DNA of 64,000 bases, from the IMG/VR virus record IMGVR_UViG_3300048691_000224; one strand, given 5' to 3'. The DNA comes from a virus (taxonomy: Duplodnaviria; Caudoviricetes). The number at the start of each line of letters is the position of its first letter. The first letter of the stretch is position 1. This document shows positions 57,701 to 64,000 of this stretch, piece by piece. The translations under genes were made by a program, and so were the position numbers. The notes beneath the pieces were generated by a model, which saw only the letters and a program-made list of their open reading frames with translations, had not been told where the DNA came from and did no database searches.

Positions 57701-58114
57701 ATGGATATAGATCATAGCTTAGATACCATTGCACCAACAACGCCGAGTGGAGTAATAACAACAACTGGTGCTGCGGTGCGCTTGCCAGTTGGTACTACCG
57801 TACAGAGACCGGCAGCGCCTCTCAAAGGTGAGATTCGATACAACGATTCAATCGCCGCATTTGAAATATTTGATACTAAGTGGGAATCTGTTGCACGGCA
57901 ATCTGACGGACCACAGAAGAGTCCAGTGTTTAACTACAATCCTGACGGATCACTTGCGAGTATATTATACGCAAATGGTAGTACCAAGACGTTTGGTTAC
58001 AGTAGTGGTAACTTATCCCAATTAGTCCAGGTCGTCAATGGTAGTACCAAGACAAAGAACTTTAGCTATTCGGGTAACCAACGACTGCTGCAAATTGTGG
58101 AGACTGTTGTATGA
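57701..58114 (+). CDS. Small tail protein with shared anchor module
   Basis: MDIDHSL...LPVGTT.QRP...GEIRYN; YNPDGSL repeats; TAAATA at 57657. Confidence 0.7.
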   Translation: MDIDHSLDTIAPTTPSGVITTTGAAVRLPVGTTVQRPAAPLKGEIRYNDSIAAFEIFDTKWESVARQSDGPQKSPVFNYNPDGSLASILYANGSTKTFGYSSGNLSQLVQVVNGSTKTKNFSYSGNQRLLQIVETVV

Positions 58115-58284
58115 ACTTAAATTTACAAAACCCAACAGAGCTTAATGAGGCTCTTTCTACGATATTCTCAAGTATGGGTGTACAAATTCGAGAAGCGATG
58201 CATGCACAAGTTCAAGTTGAAGTTAGTGCGGTATTGGAAAGATTAGCGACTCTCGAGGCCTTGCTTCGGCCACCAACCCAATAA
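58111..58284 (+). CDS. 57-aa coiled virion-associated protein (not in ORF track)
   Basis: ATGA overlap; MNLNLQNPTELNEALSTIFSSMGVQIREA...ERLATLE. Confidence 0.6.
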   Translation: MNLNLQNPTELNEALSTIFSSMGVQIREAMHAQVQVEVSAVLERLATLEALLRPPTQ

Positions 58285-58377
58285 ATAGATTGGGGGACGG
58301 GAAAGACGTTCGATTAGGAGTTGGCGGGTGTAATAGGTATACTCGCTACATAGTTTTATTTTTAAAGGAAAACTCAC

Positions 58378-59205
58378 ATGAGTGATTTACAAACAATCTT
58401 AGAATGCGTAAGCACGCAATTTGGTATCGCAACTGGTAATGCTATCAAAGCAGAAATCAGCAATTTAGTTGGTATGCAAAATGTTGACTTGACAGCAATT
58501 AATGCTGCAATCACACAGATCAATGCTCTTTTGGATACTGATCCAGAAACAGCTGGCGTCCAGTTTAATGCTGCTTCGTTGATCGCACAGTTGACCGACT
58601 TGGGTTCACGTTTGACCACACTTGAGAATAGTGAAGTTGTTCAGAACTTGACAGTCATCATCAACCAAATCGATACTTCATTGACTGCTGAAGTTACCCG
58701 CGCTCAAGCTGCTGAAGCTGCATTGGGTGAACAAATCACCACCATCAACGGTACAATCGCCACATTGACTACTCAATTGGCTGCATTGGAAGCCTCTGGT
58801 GGTTCAGGTGGTTGTGATTGTGCACAGATCGCTAGCGATATCTCTGCTCTTCAAACAGCCGTAACAAATTTGCAAGCAACTGATGCAGGAACAGCTACTC
58901 AAGTAGCTGGGATCCAAGCTCAATTGGCAACTTTGGCATCTGATATCGCAACGGCTACAGCTGCCGCTGCTGCTGCTAGTGCTTCTGCTGCTGCTGCTCA
59001 AACAGCCGCCGCTGCAGCTTCCGCAGCTGTTGCCACATTGGCGACAGCCGTCGGTGAATTGGACACACGTGAAAACGAGCGTCACAATGGCCACGGTGGT
59101 AGACTGAATAGTATCGAAGGCAAAATGAATGCCATCGAAGCTATCGACTGTACAGCCTTGGCTGCTTTGTTCTCAGCAGGTATCACAAGCGGCTTGGCTG
59201 CTTAA
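58378..59205 (+). CDS. Ala-rich coiled-coil fibre-like virion protein
   Basis: RBS AAAGGA; TAAATA at 58282; long heptads, EVTRAQAAE, poly-Ala. Confidence 0.7.
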   Translation: MSDLQTILECVSTQFGIATGNAIKAEISNLVGMQNVDLTAINAAITQINALLDTDPETAGVQFNAASLIAQLTDLGSRLTTLENSEVVQNLTVIINQIDTSLTAEVTRAQAAEAALGEQITTINGTIATLTTQLAALEASGGSGGCDCAQIASDISALQTAVTNLQATDAGTATQVAGIQAQLATLASDIATATAAAAAASASAAAAQTAAAAASAAVATLATAVGELDTRENERHNGHGGRLNSIEGKMNAIEAIDCTALAALFSAGITSGLAA

Positions 59206-59230
59206 TATCGACGAGATTGGTTAGTATAAG

Positions 59231-59254
59231 AGGGGCCTTCAGGGGCCCCTTTTT
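59231..59254 (+). terminator. Intrinsic terminator
   Basis: AGGGGCC-loop-GGCCCCT-TTTT. Confidence 0.8.
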
Positions 59255-59332
59255 CACGTCTATTGTTGGTGTACATGATTAGAAATTAATACTCAACATA
59301 AATATCCCATCACCACTTACACACCCTCACCA

Positions 59333-59533
59333 ATGCAAAATTTCAATTTACCGGTGGTGTCTATCTTAGCTCGAGAAGATACCAAACAACTGCGGAAGAC
59401 TATATGTGAAGACTGCCCAAGTAAAATATCTAGGCTAAATATGGATGTATGTTCTGAGTGTGGGTGTGCTCTTCGTGCTAAACTTATCATAGCAAAATCA
59501 GCCTGTCCGCTCGGAAAGTGGGGTAAAGAATAA
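59333..59533 (+). CDS. DUF6171-like small Cys-rich protein
   Basis: CEDC...CSECGC...K...CPLGKW. Confidence 0.8.
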   Translation: MQNFNLPVVSILAREDTKQLRKTICEDCPSKISRLNMDVCSECGCALRAKLIIAKSACPLGKWGKE

Positions 59534-62500
59534 TGACGACTTATACAATAACAACAACACAAAATATGACACAACTCGCTGGAAAAGTCGGTGGGGATGC
59601 GTACAACATAAATGGTGCAGAATTGATCATCAATACTGACACACGATATGGTCCAAATACATCACCAACTATTGGTCCAACTGGTAATATTACTGTATCA
59701 GCAACTCTTGGAGGTACACTGACGATCGAAGGTTTTAGCGTTCGTTTAATTCCGTATAATAACGGTACGGGTAATGTGCCACCGTCTGGTACTATTCTGA
59801 CACAAGGTGGTGTGACTTGTGAATTATTGTGTGTAATGTCACTACGCACCGGCGGAACTGTCACTGGCAGTGGAGCTACCCTACCGACCACTGGATGGTT
59901 AAAAGTACGTGGTGTGACTGGTGGTTTAGTTGTTGCTGGAGCTTTCACGGGTGGAATATCTGCTTCCGCAACAGCATCTGATGAAACTGGTTGGATATTA
60001 CTCGCAGGAGTACGAGATAGAGGGTTTTCTATTCCTCGTTTGGGCTACATGAATGTTGATGGACGGATGTTCTCTGTCGGTACGACAACAGGCGTACGGG
60101 GCCAAACGATTCAATTACCCCACTATACAGTCGACCAAGTTACAGCGTATCCTGGAGTTGAGATTGAGACTGCACCTGGATCGGGTGTGTACCAATTTTG
60201 GCCCAACGCCGCAAATAAATTTGCAAGTACTGATTCCTCAACCGACACGCGTAGTAGTTTCGTAGGTATCACAAATGATGGTGTTGTGACAATTGGTATG
60301 GGCCGCGATGCAGTAGCAGCGGGTGCTCTACCTGTAGCGGGATGTAATGTTCGTATCCCAAATATTATATTGCAGTCTACAGAAACAACTAACCTCAATG
60401 TATCCGTACAACCCTTTACGACAATGGGAACTCGATTTGACTCAACGTTCTCAGGTGCTGGCCGACTGAATCATTCATGTAGCACTGGCGCATGGTATTG
60501 GAATATTGTACAACCATACTCGATCTACATTCGCGATCTTCACACGTGTGATCAAATTGTGATCCAAGAGACGGCAACTTTAGCTGATATCGACCGCCTA
60601 CACGCCGGACTTTCTAATTACACCACACCTTATGCGTCAAATTCTATTGTATTTCAACAGTGTTATAATGGTGGAATTATTGGCGAGATTAGTGGCCTTC
60701 GAGCTGAAGCAACATCAACTAGCGGATACTGTATGTCTCTCACCAACTTGTATGGTGGATGGACATTCCGTAAAATTCGAGCAGGTCAAACCGGTATCGC
60801 AACTGCTGTGTCAGGCGCGATTATTTTCAACACCTGTGATGATACTACAGTCGATCTCATTGAGTCGTTTACTAAGCGGCTACTTGTCAGTGCGTGCAAT
60901 CGCTTGAGACTCAAGAGGCACATATACGCTGACAATTGCATTGGTACTACACAAACTACGGTTGGTACTCATGCTGTCGAGTGTATGTCTCAGTCGGCTG
61001 ATGTTGAAATTACAAACATTGAGAATTGGCCTGGTGTTGCGAATTGCCATCCTTACAATGGATTATTCTTCAGTAATACGACAAAGCGTGGCAGCCTGAG
61101 ATATTGCGGAACAGCTGTCGCTCCATACAATGGTGGATCAGCTAATTTAATGGGGTACATATATTCCGACGGTGGGAATAATGATGAGTGTAAGGTACAA
61201 AGAAACTGGACTACCGGTCTCCGACTTGGGGTGTCTAGTGGTACCAATACTACTAACCGGTTCCATGTCGAGAACAATTACATGACCGATGCATCCAAGA
61301 CCGTTGGCCCTCAACAGTCTAACTCATTCAGTCGAGGCAATCGTTGTAATGGTGGATCAGTTCCAACAAGCTACATCGCTGTATATGGTACTTGCATGTG
61401 GGATTCATTTACGGGCGACACCACAACAAGAGCTGCACTGGCGCTTGCTGAAAAGTCACTGTACTACCCCGACTTGTATCAAATTACTGCAGGTACACCT
61501 GTGTTCACCGCCCAAGGCGCTCTCGTCATGCGAACAATCGGCGATGCAGTGGTATGGACTTGGCCATGGAGGATTTTAGGTTGGAATGGCCTGACAACAA
61601 TGGCTTCTCAGGGTACTAATACCGCTAATCACCTATTTGAGTATGATCTTGATAAGGGAACAGGCTTTAGTGGTGCTTGGAAGGTCTTGAGTAATGCCAA
61701 CTTAGCAACTGAGACTGGAATCGATCCTGTAGTGGGGTTTATTCCTAAGCTACGAGTATCGTGTATTGCGGCTTCGAGCATTAACAGGCTAGATTCTCTG
61801 AGATTCGATGGTACTACAACACTGGCTCTCCAAAATGCAGCGCTGTACCCACTCGATTTAGCTACTCTTACTATGACAGGTATACAACCTGACAGTACAA
61901 TTGCGGTATTTGTGGGTGCTGCTGCAAGCATTCTGCCGGGGCAACTACCGGTCGCATCAACTTCTGGAACAGGAACATCCGTTGTACTAAACTATGTGTA
62001 CAATACTTCAATCCCTACATACACAGTGAGAATCCGTAAGGCTGGGTATGACTGCATTCAATTAGAGTATGCTAATGTATTGAATCCGACAATTCCAGTT
62101 GCTCAACAGCTGAATGCTGACGGATTTGGTGTGCAGGTATATTCTCGTGGTACAGGATCTACCTCAGCATTCGTAACAATTGACGCGAGTGCACTCAGGA
62201 TTGATATCGGCAACACTCGGACCGTTGCAGAAGATGTATATAATGCTGTTGCGCTCTGGCAGGCAACCCCAGGTGGGATTACCTACCCTGAAGCACTGAG
62301 ATTTGATGGAACAGATATGCTATTGCTAGGTAGTTGGAGATTTAGGCGAGCACTCGCTGCCTACACCGCTGCTGGAATTGATGCGGTGCCTGTCATCGAT
62401 GGCAATGTCACTGGCAGTCCTGATGATGAGACCAACGGGTCGGTTGACTTCAGAGCTCGCTCAGTACGCACATACCAATTTAATGCTGCACCTGCACTAA

Positions 62501-62619
62501 CAGCTGATGATGTTGCTGCAGCAGTATGGAATTTCGCCCACGGCAACGGAGCCACGGCAGAGGCAAACTTGCGAGGTGCTCGCGCCGCCGCAGAAAATGC
62601 TTTTGCTGTGAGTGCTTAG
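59533..62619 (+). CDS. Large beta-rich virion/tail protein
   Basis: 1028 aa, G/T/N-rich, late cluster; C-terminal DVAAAVWN motif. Confidence 0.65.
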   Translation: MTTYTITTTQNMTQLAGKVGGDAYNINGAELIINTDTRYGPNTSPTIGPTGNITVSATLGGTLTIEGFSVRLIPYNNGTGNVPPSGTILTQGGVTCELLCVMSLRTGGTVTGSGATLPTTGWLKVRGVTGGLVVAGAFTGGISASATASDETGWILLAGVRDRGFSIPRLGYMNVDGRMFSVGTTTGVRGQTIQLPHYTVDQVTAYPGVEIETAPGSGVYQFWPNAANKFASTDSSTDTRSSFVGITNDGVVTIGMGRDAVAAGALPVAGCNVRIPNIILQSTETTNLNVSVQPFTTMGTRFDSTFSGAGRLNHSCSTGAWYWNIVQPYSIYIRDLHTCDQIVIQETATLADIDRLHAGLSNYTTPYASNSIVFQQCYNGGIIGEISGLRAEATSTSGYCMSLTNLYGGWTFRKIRAGQTGIATAVSGAIIFNTCDDTTVDLIESFTKRLLVSACNRLRLKRHIYADNCIGTTQTTVGTHAVECMSQSADVEITNIENWPGVANCHPYNGLFFSNTTKRGSLRYCGTAVAPYNGGSANLMGYIYSDGGNNDECKVQRNWTTGLRLGVSSGTNTTNRFHVENNYMTDASKTVGPQQSNSFSRGNRCNGGSVPTSYIAVYGTCMWDSFTGDTTTRAALALAEKSLYYPDLYQITAGTPVFTAQGALVMRTIGDAVVWTWPWRILGWNGLTTMASQGTNTANHLFEYDLDKGTGFSGAWKVLSNANLATETGIDPVVGFIPKLRVSCIAASSINRLDSLRFDGTTTLALQNAALYPLDLATLTMTGIQPDSTIAVFVGAAASILPGQLPVASTSGTGTSVVLNYVYNTSIPTYTVRIRKAGYDCIQLEYANVLNPTIPVAQQLNADGFGVQVYSRGTGSTSAFVTIDASALRIDIGNTRTVAEDVYNAVALWQATPGGITYPEALRFDGTDMLLLGSWRFRRALAAYTAAGIDAVPVIDGNVTGSPDDETNGSVDFRARSVRTYQFNAAPALTADDVAAAVWNFAHGNGATAEANLRGARAAAENAFAVSA

Positions 62620-62646
62620 TAAATATTAAAATACTAAGGATATTCC

Positions 62647-63063
62647 ATGGTGACTGTCAGTGAATGGTTGATGCAAAATCTCGATATGCCAGCAATGGTA
62701 TTATTGATGATATTCGTTCTTGGATTATATGTTCTTTTCCGAACACAGAAGTCCAATGCAACATTCGATTTTGCAGATATGTTGCGAGATGAACTGGGAA
62801 AACCATCAGCCTTCCGACTAGCAATATTTGTGTGCCTGGCAATTAGCTCTTGGGCAATCATGTATATGTTAGTCAAGGCTGGAGGTACGATTGATCCATG
62901 GATCTACGTAGCCTACATCACAGTGTGGTCTGGGGCGAAGGTAGCTGAAAAGGCGCTCGATGCATATAGTGGAAAACCTTCACAATATAAAGCTGCGAGT
63001 GAAGTGAATGAGGCTGATGGACCAATTGCGCCTCCACCAGTAGCTAAGAAGCGAGTGTCTTGA
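62647..63063 (+). CDS. Multi-TM holin-like membrane protein
   Basis: Three hydrophobic segments, charged C-terminus; TAAATA at 62620. Confidence 0.5.
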   Translation: MVTVSEWLMQNLDMPAMVLLMIFVLGLYVLFRTQKSNATFDFADMLRDELGKPSAFRLAIFVCLAISSWAIMYMLVKAGGTIDPWIYVAYITVWSGAKVAEKALDAYSGKPSQYKAASEVNEADGPIAPPPVAKKRVS

Positions 63064-63619
63064 GTTGCATCACAATTACATACGCATATGCGATTGCATG
63101 ACCGCGCCTAAAAGATGACTTATCTTCGGTTTCTGATATTCTGTACAGTTGTTCTCGCACTGAAGCCGGCGATTTCATATAAGCCGAAAGCAACGACCTT
63201 TTACCAGGGCGAATCATTGCAACGACGTCAGCAAGTGTTTGGATATTAGTTGGTTTTACCACACTTATGATATCCCAACTATTGCGTAATTGAAATAATT
63301 GTTCAACAATTTCCCTGGTACCTAGTAGTGACCAATCAGGATCAGTCTTAATTGCTTCCATAATATCTGCACGCGACTTAAACTGATCCAATATTGATAG
63401 GTGAAGCAAATCGAATTTGGTGTACCCTAACTGATCAGCACGCTTGAAGGGGATTGCGGCAAGGCCTGTGATTCCATCTTTCGGTATAGTTTGAAAATAT
63501 ACTCCACACGGATGTTTAAGTAATTGATCTGAGTCCACCCGTGATGCTCTGGTGCAATACTCAGATCCAAATATTGCCACAGGGTCAATAAAACTTGGGA
63601 CGTCAATGTCGATATCCAT
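63044..63619 (-). CDS. Miniature DNA polymerase III alpha (DnaE)-like protein
   Basis: DIDID, KHPCGVY, KFDLL, LFQL, AMIRPG, FRRGHAIAYA: C-family palm/finger motifs in only 191 aa. Confidence 0.75.
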   Translation of the reverse strand: MDIDIDVPSFIDPVAIFGSEYCTRASRVDSDQLLKHPCGVYFQTIPKDGITGLAAIPFKRADQLGYTKFDLLHLSILDQFKSRADIMEAIKTDPDWSLLGTREIVEQLFQLRNSWDIISVVKPTNIQTLADVVAMIRPGKRSLLSAYMKSPASVREQLYRISETEDKSSFRRGHAIAYAYVIVMQLKTLAS

Positions 63620-64000
63620 TTACAACCCCAACTCTGCCAATATGCCCTTCGTCTGTTTAACAACCTCAGGACTGTTGCGGATTTTCTGAGCCCAATTGTC
63701 AATATCAATGATTGCATTGATTGCATCTTGATCATCTTCATCTAAAGCCGCATACCACTGTTTAAACTTAGTACTAACCAATAATAACCAAGGAGTTACA
63801 TCATTGTCCCGAATCCATTGTACAAGCTGTGGACACGTTATAGATTGGAAGAACTCGGATATGCTATAACCTTCTTTGTCACAGAACTCCATGATGAAGA
63901 GTGTAGCCTCTTGCACTTGTTTGATAGGCGATTCGCGCTTGGTAGACTTAATGTACATCTTATACACATCGGGGTGCGCCCAAATCGCCGGCTGCATATT
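63620..64000 (-). CDS. Hypothetical protein, probably 5'-truncated by the window edge
   Basis: Frame is open to base 64000; lies directly upstream of the DnaE-like gene. Confidence 0.6.
   Translation of the reverse strand, partial: NMQPAIWAHPDVYKMYIKSTKRESPIKQVQEATLFIMEFCDKEGYSISEFFQSITCPQLVQWIRDNDVTPWLLLVSTKFKQWYAALDEDDQDAINAIIDIDNWAQKIRNSPEVVKQTKGILAELGL

Noticed and set aside
58291-58320. GGGGGACG...GTTCGA resembling a tmRNA or tRNA 5' end (tempting given the SmpB-like gene)
   Set aside because: Only about 85 nt are available before the next CDS; there is no matching 3' acceptor/T-arm/CCA and no tag reading frame.
1-64000. Genome-wide TAG or TGA stop-codon reassignment
   Set aside because: Long conserved genes (ligA, NAMPT, thyA) are uninterrupted in code 11, and several TAG stops are followed by a terminator or second stop (45328, 62619). 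The 34750 TAG is isolated.
1-64000. CRISPR array, tRNA or rRNA genes
   Set aside because: No regularly spaced repeat-spacer units or cloverleafs were recognised by eye; the repeated dyad is dispersed and tied to promoters. tRNAscan and CRISPR finders were not run.

Overview
A 64-kb segment of a large lytic dsDNA myovirus (jumbo-phage-like), almost all on the + strand and read in the standard genetic code. It has two promoter classes. Sigma70-type early promoters (TTGAC-N16/17-TATAAT) are mostly overlapped by a repeated dyad TTRGGGT-N7-ACCCTAA. T4-gp55-type late promoters (TATAAATA/TAAATA) precede virion and lysis genes. Replication and nucleotide genes: NAD-dependent ligase, ThyA, RNase H-like nuclease, putative clamp, miniature DnaE-like protein. 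NAD/ADP-ribose genes: NadM-Nudix plus NAMPT (NARP2-like), NADAR, a macro-like protein, two Nudix, MazG-like, CYTH. Also present are QueE and QueD-like genes, a Hef-like homing endonuclease with a Mom-like GNAT tail, host-takeover mimics (SmpB-like, two TraR/DksA-like), tail fibre/spike/PAAR genes, a lytic transglycosylase, an endolysin and a mosaic island of temperate-phage-like accessory genes. The best candidates for undescribed systems are (i) a TM-anchored PspA/ESCRT-III-like protein + small membrane protein + orphan TAXI solute-binding protein operon, (ii) a small protein ending in a W-x-S/N-rich-C tail coupled to a Pol-beta-like nucleotidyltransferase, with a second orphan copy of the small protein, (iii) a divergent phage SmpB and (iv) the operator-promoter regulon. 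No tRNA, rRNA, tmRNA or CRISPR array was recognised. All family calls come from motif recognition by eye, not database searches. A betaproteobacterial host is only an inference.
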